A stretch of 64,000 nucleotides of DNA from Rhodanobacter sp. FW102-FHT14D07 (GTDB lineage Bacteria; Pseudomonadota; Gammaproteobacteria; Xanthomonadales; Rhodanobacteraceae): contig NZ_CP170721.1 of the NCBI RefSeq assembly GCF_043950725.1, positions 613,636-677,635 on the forward strand, given 5' to 3'. Under the pieces are notes generated by a model. The model worked only from the letters and a program-made list of their open reading frames with translations, was not told the origin of the DNA and made no database searches. Positions 10,975-20,752 of the stretch are shown in pieces. Numbering within the stretch: the first letter of the stretch is position 1; every line of letters begins with the position of its first letter. Position numbers and translations under genes: made by a program.

Positions 10975-11543
10975 ACGCCGAACGGTCTGTTTCATCACTT
11001 CTTCTGGAGGATCGTGGTATCGCAACCACCGACAACAAGGGCAATCGTCGCAACCTGGAAATCCGCGTGCCGCGGGTGCGTGTCATTGGCGCAGATTCCG
11101 AGCAACTCGGCATCCTGACCCGTGACGAAGCGCTGGCGCTGGCGCAGGAAGCCGGCATGGATCTGGTCGAGATCCAGCCCAATGGCGATCCGCCCGTATG
11201 CCGCATCATGGATTACGGCAAGTTCAAGTTCGAAGCCCAGAAGAAAGCCCAGGCCGCCAAGAAGAAGCAGAAGCAGGTCGAGATCAAGGAAGTGAAGTTC
11301 CGTCCGGTCACGGACGTGGGCGACTACCAGATCAAGCTGCGCAACATGCTTCGCTTCCTGGAAGAGGGCGACAAGGTCAAGGTCACCATCCGCTTCCGCG
11401 GCCGCGAGATGTCGCACCAGGATCTCGGCCAGAACCTGGCCCGCAAGATCCAGGAAGACGTCGGCGACAACGGCCAGGTCGAGTCGTACCCCCGGCTCGA
11501 AGGGCGCCAGATGGTCATGATGATCGGGCCCAAGAAGAAATAG
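10971..11543 (+). CDS. infC: Translation initiation factor IF-3; the annotated TTG is probably not the real start, which is more likely the in-frame ATC at 11019
   Basis: ...[64 protein letters not shown]... is canonical IF-3. GGAGG at 11006-11010 sits 8 nt upstream of the in-frame ATC at 11019-11021, and infC classically uses an AUU-class start for autoregulation. The track's TTG (10971) overlaps the thrS stop. Confidence 0.9.
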   Translation: MNAERSVSSLLLEDRGIATTDNKGNRRNLEIRVPRVRVIGADSEQLGILTRDEALALAQEAGMDLVEIQPNGDPPVCRIMDYGKFKFEAQKKAQAAKKKQKQVEIKEVKFRPVTDVGDYQIKLRNMLRFLEEGDKVKVTIRFRGREMSHQDLGQNLARKIQEDVGDNGQVESYPRLEGRQMVMMIGPKKK

Positions 11544-11653
11544 GCTGTTCGCGTTTGCGGGAGTTCGCTCGCGGGCAATGCTCCTTTTGCCGTGTCTCCC
11601 GGAGCGGCCGCCCTCAATTGGGTAGCGGGCAAGCCCCGTACCCTCTCCCCAAT

Positions 11654-11672
11654 CCTCTCCCGAGGGGAGAGG
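11654..11672. repeat. GGGAGAGG-type GC-rich palindromic (REP-like) hairpin in the infC-rpmI leader
   Basis: CCTCTCCC-GAG-GGGAGAGG is a perfect 8-bp stem, preceded by the partial direct copy CCCTCTCCCC. No T-run follows. Confidence 0.6.
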
Positions 11673-11840
11673 AGGCACGCGTCGGCACTTCGTGCTGGCG
11701 TTTGACCTTTTGAACCCGTATGATTACGGGTTCGACCCGCCGGAAGGGTCGTGCACCGGTCATGGCAGGACGGAAAGAGCAACCCGCGGTTGCCGCCAGA
11801 TCAGTCAGAAACGGGATCATTCCCACTCAAGGAGCATTCC

Positions 11841-12038
11841 ATGCCCAAGATCAAGACCAACCGGGCGGCTGCGAAGCGTTTTCGCAAGACCGCATCCGGC
11901 AAGATCAAGTGCGGCCACGCATACAAGTCGCACATCCTGACCAAGAAGTCGACCAAGCTGAAGCGTGGTCTCCGTGCCCCGAACCACCTCAAGGCGTGTG
12001 ATGCGCCGGGCGTGGCTCGCATGCTGCCGTACTTGTGA
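11841..12038 (+). CDS. rpmI: 50S ribosomal protein L35
   Basis: [45 protein letters not shown]... is canonical L35. The track ORF has a spurious N-terminal extension from 11751. Confidence 0.93.
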   Translation: MPKIKTNRAAAKRFRKTASGKIKCGHAYKSHILTKKSTKLKRGLRAPNHLKACDAPGVARMLPYL

Positions 12039-12049
12039 GGAGATAGACC

Positions 12050-12409
12050 ATGGCTCGTGTAAAGCGTGGCGTCACCGCTCGTCGTCGTCACAAGACCATC
12101 ATCGGCCGCGCCAAGGGCTACTACAACGCCCGCCGCAAGGTCTTCCGCGTCGCCAACCAGGCCGTCATCAAGGCTGGTCAGTACGCCTATATCGGCCGCA
12201 AGCAGCGCAAGCGCCAGTTCCGTGCACTGTGGATCGTGCGCATCAACGCTGCCGCGCGCATGTTCGGGCTGTCCTACAGCCGTCTGATCAATGGGCTGAG
12301 CAAGGCCGGCATCACCGTCGACCGCAAGGTCCTGGCTGATATCGCCGTGCACGACATCAAGGCGTTTGGGGCCATCGCTGACAAGGCGAAGGCCGCCCTG
12401 GCTGCTTGA
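12050..12409 (+). CDS. rplT: 50S ribosomal protein L20
   Basis: [47 protein letters not shown]... is canonical L20. Confidence 0.95.
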   Translation: MARVKRGVTARRRHKTIIGRAKGYYNARRKVFRVANQAVIKAGQYAYIGRKQRKRQFRALWIVRINAAARMFGLSYSRLINGLSKAGITVDRKVLADIAVHDIKAFGAIADKAKAALAA

Positions 12410-12428
12410 TCGTCGCTTGCGACGATAG

Positions 12429-13502
<1,074 letters not shown>

Positions 13503-13504
13503 AC

Positions 13505-13600
13505 GGGAATCGGGAATGGAGAGCAGGGAATCGTAGAGGCGGCCTCGGTGCCGTGTTTTTTGCCTTTCCCATTCCCGATTCCCGATTCCCCATTCCCGGA
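13505..13600. repeat. Structured pheS-pheT intergenic element: imperfect long inverted repeat with tandem CCCGATT units around a small hairpin and T-run
   Basis: Left arm CGGGAATCGGGAATGG (13505-13519) plus GGGAATCG. Centre: GAGGCGGCCTC hairpin followed by GTGTTTTTTG. Right arm: CCCATTCCCGATTCCCGATTCCCCATTCCCGG, the reverse complement of the left arm with CCCGATT duplicated. Confidence 0.5.
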
Positions 13601-13608
13601 TCCAAACC

Positions 13609-16041
13609 ATGAAATTTTCCGAAAACTGGTTGCGTGAACTGGTCGAGGTCAAGGCTGACCGTGCGGCATTGGCGCATGCGCTGACCATGGCCGGGCTGGA
13701 GGTGGAAGAGCTCACGCCACTGGGCGAGGGCCTGGCCGGCGTGGTGGTGGCCGAGATCGTCGCAGCCGAAAAGCATCCGCAGGCCGACCGGCTGCAGGTG
13801 TGCAAGGTCGATGCAGGGCAGGGCGAGCCGCTGCAGATCGTCTGCGGTGCGCCGAACGCGCGGGTGGGCATCAAGGTGCCGCTGGCCAGCGTTGGTGCGC
13901 AGTTGCCCGGCGATATTTCGATCAAGGCGGCCAAGCTGCGCGGCGTCGAGTCGTTCGGCATGCTTTGCTCGGCGAAGGAATTGGGCATCGATGCCGATGC
14001 CTCCGGCCTGCTGGAACTGCCGCTGGATGCGCCGGTGGGCCAGCCGCTGGTTGCCTACCTCGGCCTGCCCGATGCCAGCTTCGAACTGAAGCTCACCCCG
14101 AATCGCCCCGATTGCCTCGGCCTGCTCGGCCTGGCGCATGACGTGGCTGCGCTGTTCGGCAGTCACGTGAAGACCGTCGCGCAGGCGGCGGTGCCCGTGA
14201 GCAGCGAAGCGCGCCGCGGCATCCGCCTGGAGGCGGGCAAGGATGCGCCGCGCTATCTCGGGCGCATCATCGAAGGCATCGACCTGGCGGCAAAAACGCC
14301 GTTGTGGCTGGCCGAGCGCCTGCGCCGAGCCGGCCTTCGCCCGATCAACGCGGTGGTCGACGTCACCAATTACGTGATGCTGGAACTGGGCCAGCCGCTG
14401 CACGCGTTCGACAACGACACGCTGGACGGCGACATCGTGGTGCGCCATGCGCGCGCCGGCGAGACACTGAAGCTGCTCGATGGCAGCGAAGCAAAGCTGG
14501 ATGACGGCTTCGTGCTGATCGCCGATGAGAAGAAAGCGCTGGCGGTGGCCGGCGTGATGGGCGGTCACGACTCGCGCGTCACCGACGCCACGCGCAACGT
14601 GTTCCTGGAGTCCGCGCACTTCGCCCCGGCCGCGATCATGGGCCGCGCGCGCAAGCTGGGCTTGCACACCGACGCCTCGCACCGCTTCGAACGCGGCGTC
14701 GATCCGGGCTTGCCGCGTCGCGCGCTGGAGCGCGCCAGCGAACTGCTGCTGGCGATCGCCGGCGGGCAGGCCGGCCCGGTGCTGGTGGCCGAGAACGCCG
14801 CCGACCTGCCGCAGCCGATGCCGGTGACCTTGCGCCGCGCACGCCTGAAACGCGTGCTCGGGGTGGACGTGGCCGACGCCGAGGTGACACGCATCTTCAC
14901 CGCGCTGGGCATGCGGGTGGAAACGATCGGCGATGGCTGGCGGGTCACCGCGCCGAGCAGCCGCTTCGACATCGAGCGCGAGGAAGACCTGATCGAGGAG
15001 GTCGCGCGCATCTTCGGCTACGACAAGATTCCCACCCATTCGCCGTCCGGCGCGCTGGTGCTGGCGATCGAGCCCGAAGCGCGCATCAACGAGCTGGCGC
15101 TGCGCGAGCAATTGGCGGCACGGGGTTACCACGAAGCCGTCAACCTGTCGTTCGTGGCGGCCGAGTTGCTCTCCCGCTGGGGCTTCAACGAACAACTGGT
15201 GCCGCTGGCCAATCCGCTGTCGGCTGACCTGGCGGTGATGCGCCCCTCGCTGCTGCCGGGCCTGGTCGAGGCGTTGCGGCACAACCGCGCACGCCAGCAG
15301 GGTCGCGTGCGCCTGTTCGAAGTGGCGCGGGTGTTCCGGCAAGGCGCGGCCGGGTGCGAGGAGCCGGGCATCCACGGCCTGACGCATCCGCAGGCCGGCG
15401 AACCACCGGTGGAAACCCCCAGCCTGGCCGTCGTGGCCAGCGGCAACGCGCGCGCCGAGCAATGGGGCGAGCCGTCGCGCCTGCTCGATTTCCACGATCT
15501 CAGGGGCGACCTGGATACGCTGATCGCCTGGGGCGGCGAGCCGGAGCGCTGGTCGATCCATGCCGATGAGCTGCCGTCCTGGCTGCATCCGGGCCGCGGC
15601 GCCCGGGTCGCGCGCGACGGCGAGACGGTCGGCTATCTCGGCGCCCTGCACCCCCGGCTGGCGCGGGAGCTCGATCTTGGCCCCGACGTGCATGTGCTGG
15701 AGGTGGCGCTGGAGCCGCTGCTGGCCCGCCGCCTGCCCCGGGCGACCGCGATCCCGCGATTTCCTGCGGTGCGCCGCGATATCGCGATGGATTTGCCGGA
15801 AAGCGTCAGCTGGTCACGGATCGAGCACACCGTTCGCGGCACGCTGGGCGCGCGGTTGCGGGAGCTGCGGCTGTTCGACCGCTACAGCGGCAAAGGCGTC
15901 GAAGCAGGCCGAAAGAGTCTCGCTATGGGCTTGATTTTGCAGGACGCTTCACGCACCCTTACAGACGACGACGCGGATCACTGGGTACGCGAAGCGGTGA
16001 ACGCGTTGGAGCAGACATGCCAGGGGAAACTGCGAGGATGA
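13609..16041 (+). CDS. pheT: Phenylalanyl-tRNA synthetase beta subunit
   Basis: 810 aa. [34 protein letters not shown]... is followed by tRNA-binding, B3/B4 and B5 regions and a C-terminal FDX-ACB-like domain. Confidence 0.95.
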   Translation: MKFSENWLRELVEVKADRAALAHALTMAGLEVEELTPLGEGLAGVVVAEIVAAEKHPQADRLQVCKVDAGQGEPLQIVCGAPNARVGIKVPLASVGAQLPGDISIKAAKLRGVESFGMLCSAKELGIDADASGLLELPLDAPVGQPLVAYLGLPDASFELKLTPNRPDCLGLLGLAHDVAALFGSHVKTVAQAAVPVSSEARRGIRLEAGKDAPRYLGRIIEGIDLAAKTPLWLAERLRRAGLRPINAVVDVTNYVMLELGQPLHAFDNDTLDGDIVVRHARAGETLKLLDGSEAKLDDGFVLIADEKKALAVAGVMGGHDSRVTDATRNVFLESAHFAPAAIMGRARKLGLHTDASHRFERGVDPGLPRRALERASELLLAIAGGQAGPVLVAENAADLPQPMPVTLRRARLKRVLGVDVADAEVTRIFTALGMRVETIGDGWRVTAPSSRFDIEREEDLIEEVARIFGYDKIPTHSPSGALVLAIEPEARINELALREQLAARGYHEAVNLSFVAAELLSRWGFNEQLVPLANPLSADLAVMRPSLLPGLVEALRHNRARQQGRVRLFEVARVFRQGAAGCEEPGIHGLTHPQAGEPPVETPSLAVVASGNARAEQWGEPSRLLDFHDLRGDLDTLIAWGGEPERWSIHADELPSWLHPGRGARVARDGETVGYLGALHPRLARELDLGPDVHVLEVALEPLLARRLPRATAIPRFPAVRRDIAMDLPESVSWSRIEHTVRGTLGARLRELRLFDRYSGKGVEAGRKSLAMGLILQDASRTLTDDDADHWVREAVNALEQTCQGKLRG

Positions 16042-16042
16042 G

Positions 16043-16342
16043 ATGGCGCTGACCAAGGCGGAAATGGCCGAGCGGCTTTTCCTCGACGTGGGCCTCAACA
16101 AGCGTGAGGCCAAGGAATTCGTGGATGCCTACTTCGAGGTGGTGCGTGGTGCGCTGGAGAACGGCGAGCAGGTGAAGCTGTCCGGGTTCGGCAATTTCGA
16201 CCTGCGCATGAAAAACCAGCGGCCGGGGCGCAACCCCAAGACCGGCGAGGAGATCCCGATCTCCGCGCGGCGGGTGGTGACCTTCCGACCGGGGCAGAAA
16301 CTCAAGGTGAGAGTCGAAAGCTATGCTGGATCAAGGGAATAA
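16043..16342 (+). CDS. ihfA: Integration host factor alpha subunit
   Basis: [88 protein letters not shown] is canonical IHF-alpha. It sits directly after pheT as in E. coli. Confidence 0.93.
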   Translation: MALTKAEMAERLFLDVGLNKREAKEFVDAYFEVVRGALENGEQVKLSGFGNFDLRMKNQRPGRNPKTGEEIPISARRVVTFRPGQKLKVRVESYAGSRE

Positions 16343-16679
16343 CACCGAACTGCCGGCCATCCCGGCCAAGCGCTACTTCACCATCGGTGAAGTGGGCGAG
16401 CTGTGCGGTGTGAAGCCCCACGTGCTGCGTTACTGGGAGCAGGAGTTTCCGGCCCTCAACCCGGTCAAGCGCCGCGGCAACCGCCGCTACTACCAGCGTC
16501 ACGACGTGCTGATGATCCGTCAGATCCGTTCGCTGCTGTACGACGAGGGTTTCACCATCACCGGTGCGCGCGCGCGCCTTGAAGGCCCGCAGGCACGGCT
16601 GGAATCGAGCATGTCGCACCAGATCGTGCGCCAGGTGCGGATGGAGCTGGAGGAAGTGCTGACGTTGCTGCGCCGCTGA
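16323..16679 (+). CDS. MerR-family transcriptional regulator conserved downstream of ihfA
   Basis: [69 protein letters not shown] is a MerR-type HTH. It overlaps the ihfA 3' end by 20 nt. Confidence 0.85.
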   Translation: MLDQGNNTELPAIPAKRYFTIGEVGELCGVKPHVLRYWEQEFPALNPVKRRGNRRYYQRHDVLMIRQIRSLLYDEGFTITGARARLEGPQARLESSMSHQIVRQVRMELEEVLTLLRR

Positions 16680-16732
16680 GCGACATCACGCTTCCGGCAG
16701 CGCACCACAAGCTGCTAGAATCGCCGTTTCGT

Positions 16733-16809
16733 CGGGGCGTAGCGCAGCCTGGTAGCGCATCTGCCTGGGGGGCAGAGGGTCGTCGGTTCGAATCCGGCCG
16801 CCCCGACCA
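16733..16809 (+). tRNA. tRNA-Pro (anticodon GGG)
   Basis: Hand-folded cloverleaf: acceptor CGGGGCG/CGCCCCG, D-arm GCGC-AGCCTGGTA-GCGC, anticodon arm TCTGC-CTGGGGG-GCAGA (34-36 = GGG), T-arm GTCGG-TTCGAAT-CCGGC, encoded CCA. A TAGAAT -10-like box lies at 16716-16721. Confidence 0.85.
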
Positions 16810-16818
16810 AGTGATTTC

Positions 16819-16859
16819 GCACATGAAAAAAGCGCCCATCGGGCGCTTTTTTCATGTGC
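16819..16859. terminator. Bidirectional rho-independent terminator after tRNA-Pro, convergent with serA
   Basis: GCACATGAAAAAAGCGCCC-ATC-GGGCGCTTTTTTCATGTGC: a GC stem flanked by A6 and T6, extended by the outer CACATG/CATGTG pairing. Confidence 0.75.
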
Positions 16860-16937
16860 GGAAATGGGAAATCGAAGAAGCGGTGCCGCCGCATCGCCAG
16901 CTCTTCCGATTCCCGATGCCCTTTCCCTATCCCCGGC

Positions 16938-18170
16938 CTAATACAGCACCCGGGCGCGCAGCGTCCCCGGAATCGTCGCCATCTGCGCCTTCAACGCATT
17001 CGCCTGGGCCTCGTCGGCGCTGACGTCGATCACCACGTAGCCGACTTCGCTGTCGGTCTGCAGGAACTGCGCGTCGATGTTGAGGTTGCCGGCGGAGAAC
17101 AGTTCGTTGATGCGCGACAGCGTGCCGGGCACGTTGCGGTGGATGTGCAGCAGGCGGCGGCTGTGCGGGTGTTCGGGCAGGGTGACCTCGGGGAAGTTCA
17201 CCGCCGACAGGGTGGAGCCGTTGTCGCTGTAGCGCACCAGCTTGCTGGCCACCTCGATGCCGATGTTGTCCTGCGCCTCCAGCGTGCTGCCGCCGATGTG
17301 CGGAGTCAGGATCACGTTGTCCATGCCCGCCAGCGGCGAGACGAAGGCGTCGTCGTTGCCTTTGGGCTCGAGCGGGAACACGTCGATCGCCGCACCGGCC
17401 AGCCGCTTCTCGCGCAGTGCCACGGCCAGCGCCTCGATGTCGACCACGCTGCCGCGCGAGGCGTTGATCAGCATGGCGCCGGCGTGCATCTTCGCCAGTT
17501 GTTCGGCGCGGATCATCAGCTGCGTGGCCGGGGTCTCGGGCACGTGCAGGGTGACCACGTCCGAGCGTTCCAGCAGTTCGTCCAGGCTGGACACCGCACG
17601 GGCATTGCCCAGCGCCAGCTTGGTCTCGATGTCGTGGAAGATCACCCGCATGCCCAGGCTCTCGGCCAGTACGCCGACCTGGGTGCCGATGTGGCCGTAG
17701 CCGACGATGCCGAGCACCTTGTCGCGCGTCTCGTAGCTGCCGCTGGCCGACTTGGCCCAGCCGCCGCGGTGGCATTGCGCGTTCTTCTGCGGAATGCCGC
17801 GCAGCAGCATGATCGCCTCGGCAATCACCAGTTCGGCCACGCTGCGGGTGTTGGAATAGGGCGCGTTGAACACCGGCACGCCGGCCAGGCGGGCGGCGCC
17901 CAGGTTCACCTGGTTGGTGCCGATGCAGAAGCAGCCCACCGCGATCAGCCGCTTGGCCTGCGCCAGCACTTCGGCGGTGAGCTGCGTGCGCGAACGGATG
18001 CCGATGATGTGGGCTTCGCCGATGCGCGCCTTGAGTTCGTCCTCGGGCAGCGACTTGGCGTGCAACTCGACCTGGCTGTAGCCGGCCCGATGGAATACCT
18101 CCACCGCGCTGGCGCTGACCCCCTCCAGCAGCAATACCTTGATGTCCTGGCGCGGATAGGAGGTCTGCAT
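16938..18170 (-). CDS. serA: D-3-phosphoglycerate dehydrogenase with C-terminal ACT domain
   Basis: MQTSYPRQDIKVLLLEGVSASAVEVFHRAGY...GIVGYGHIGTQVG... is an NAD Rossmann fold. HVPETPATQLM... and a C-terminal ACT region (VVIDVSADEAQANALKAQMATIPG) follow. The start is at the internal Met (complement of 18168-18170); the track ORF extends to 18494. Confidence 0.9.
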   Translation of the reverse strand: MQTSYPRQDIKVLLLEGVSASAVEVFHRAGYSQVELHAKSLPEDELKARIGEAHIIGIRSRTQLTAEVLAQAKRLIAVGCFCIGTNQVNLGAARLAGVPVFNAPYSNTRSVAELVIAEAIMLLRGIPQKNAQCHRGGWAKSASGSYETRDKVLGIVGYGHIGTQVGVLAESLGMRVIFHDIETKLALGNARAVSSLDELLERSDVVTLHVPETPATQLMIRAEQLAKMHAGAMLINASRGSVVDIEALAVALREKRLAGAAIDVFPLEPKGNDDAFVSPLAGMDNVILTPHIGGSTLEAQDNIGIEVASKLVRYSDNGSTLSAVNFPEVTLPEHPHSRRLLHIHRNVPGTLSRINELFSAGNLNIDAQFLQTDSEVGYVVIDVSADEAQANALKAQMATIPGTLRARVLY

Positions 18171-18289
18171 CTTCGTGGCGTGTCCGGTGGCGGCGGTCGG
18201 TCCAGAGTAGGCGAGGAATTGCCGCACTGCAACACTGGACGCGCTCCGGCGCGGCTGGCAGTCTGTGTGGATGCCCCCGGAGCCGCCGC

Positions 18290-19681
18290 ATGTCCGATGA
18301 CCGCCTCGCCGACCTGTCCCGCCGCCTGCCCGAACTGCGCCTGCTGACGGCCGCGGCCGACCTCGAACACTACGGTCGCGACTGGACCCGCCGCTGGACG
18401 CCGGCGCCGCTGGCAATCGCCTTGCCGACGTCGGTGGAAGAAGTGCAGGCGATCGTGCGCTGGGCCAACGAGCAGGCGGTGGCGATCGTGCCATCGGGCG
18501 GGCGTACGGGCCTGTCCGGCGGCGCGGTGGCGGCGAACGGCGAGCTGGTGCTCAGCCTGGAGCGGATGCAGCGCGTGCTCGGCTTCGATGCAGTCGATCG
18601 CACCCTCACCGTGCAGGCGGGGATGATCCTGCAGCACGTCCATGACGCGGCACGCCAGCATGGCCTGATCTATCCGGTCGATTTCGCGGCGCGCGGCTCG
18701 TGTTCGATCGGCGGCAACATCGCCACCAACGCCGGCGGCATCCGGGTGATCCGTTACGGCAACACGCGCGAGTGGATCGCCGGGTTGAAGGTGGTGGCCG
18801 GCAACGGGGAGCTGCTCGATCTCAACCGCGGCCTGGTGAAGAACTCCAGCGGCTACGATTTTCGCCAGTTGCTGGTCGGCTCGGAAGGCACGCTGGGCAT
18901 CGTGGTGGAGGCGACGCTGAAGCTCACCGATCCGCCGCTACCCTCGCAGGTGATGCTGCTGGCGTTGCCGGACATGGACGCGCTGATGCAGGTGTTCGCG
19001 CTGTTCCGCGCGCGGCTGGTGCTGCAGGCGTTCGAGTTCTTCACCGATCACGCCTTGCGCCACGTGCTGGCACACGGCGCGCAGCGCGCCATCGACGGCG
19101 ATTATCCGTACTACGTGGTCACCGAGTTCGATGCTGCGGACGAGCGGCAGCAGGAAGCAGCGTTGGCTGCATTCGAGCTGGCACTGGAACAGGGCTGGGT
19201 CAGCGACGGCGTGATCGCGCAGAGCGAAGCGCAGGCAGCCGCGCTGTGGCGCCTGCGCGAAGGCATCACCGAGAGCCTGGCGCCGCGGCGGCCGTACAAG
19301 AACGACATCTCGGTTCGGGTCGGCGCGGTTCCCGCCTTTCTGCACGACATGCAGGCGTTGCTGGCGCGCGAGTATCCGCAAGCCGAGGTGGTCTGGTTCG
19401 GTCACATCGGCGACGGCAACCTTCACATCAACGTGCTGCGGCCGGATGACCTGGCCGAGGCCGCGTTCATCGAGCAGTGCGAACACGTCACCCATCTGCT
19501 GGCGGATACCCTGCAGCGCCATGGCGGCAGCATCTCGGCGGAACACGGCATCGGCCTGGTCAAGCGGGCCTATCTGGACAGCACCCGCAGCGCGGCGGAG
19601 ATCGACCTGATGCGCGGCGTGCGCAAGGTGTTCGACCCACGCGGCATCCTCAATCCCGGCAAGCTGTTTGCTGGCGATTGA
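18290..19681 (+). CDS. FAD-linked oxidase of the GlcD/D-lactate dehydrogenase family; probable D-2-hydroxyglutarate dehydrogenase
   Basis: 463 aa with an FAD-binding PCMH domain (IVPSGGRTGLSGGA..., CSIGGNIATNAGG) and a C-terminal FAD-oxidase domain. It diverges from serA, matching the known serA/d2hgdh pairing in Pseudomonas. Confidence 0.8.
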   Translation: MSDDRLADLSRRLPELRLLTAAADLEHYGRDWTRRWTPAPLAIALPTSVEEVQAIVRWANEQAVAIVPSGGRTGLSGGAVAANGELVLSLERMQRVLGFDAVDRTLTVQAGMILQHVHDAARQHGLIYPVDFAARGSCSIGGNIATNAGGIRVIRYGNTREWIAGLKVVAGNGELLDLNRGLVKNSSGYDFRQLLVGSEGTLGIVVEATLKLTDPPLPSQVMLLALPDMDALMQVFALFRARLVLQAFEFFTDHALRHVLAHGAQRAIDGDYPYYVVTEFDAADERQQEAALAAFELALEQGWVSDGVIAQSEAQAAALWRLREGITESLAPRRPYKNDISVRVGAVPAFLHDMQALLAREYPQAEVVWFGHIGDGNLHINVLRPDDLAEAAFIEQCEHVTHLLADTLQRHGGSISAEHGIGLVKRAYLDSTRSAAEIDLMRGVRKVFDPRGILNPGKLFAGD

Positions 19682-19707
19682 GGGCCTGCAAACCGTGCCC
19701 GTGCTAG

Positions 19708-20703
<996 letters not shown>

Positions 20704-20717
20704 GCCCGGTCAACGTG

Positions 20718-20743
20718 CGAAGGCCGCCGGTCGGCGGCCTTCG
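20718..20743. terminator. Bidirectional terminator hairpin between convergent pip and the nuclease gene
   Basis: CGAAGGCCGCCGG-TC-GGCGGCCTTCG is a perfect 12-bp stem in the 50-nt gap. Confidence 0.6.
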
Positions 20744-20752
20744 CGGGTGTGT

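Noticed and set aside
16854-18347. 497-aa plus-strand ORF
   Set aside because: Antisense to serA.
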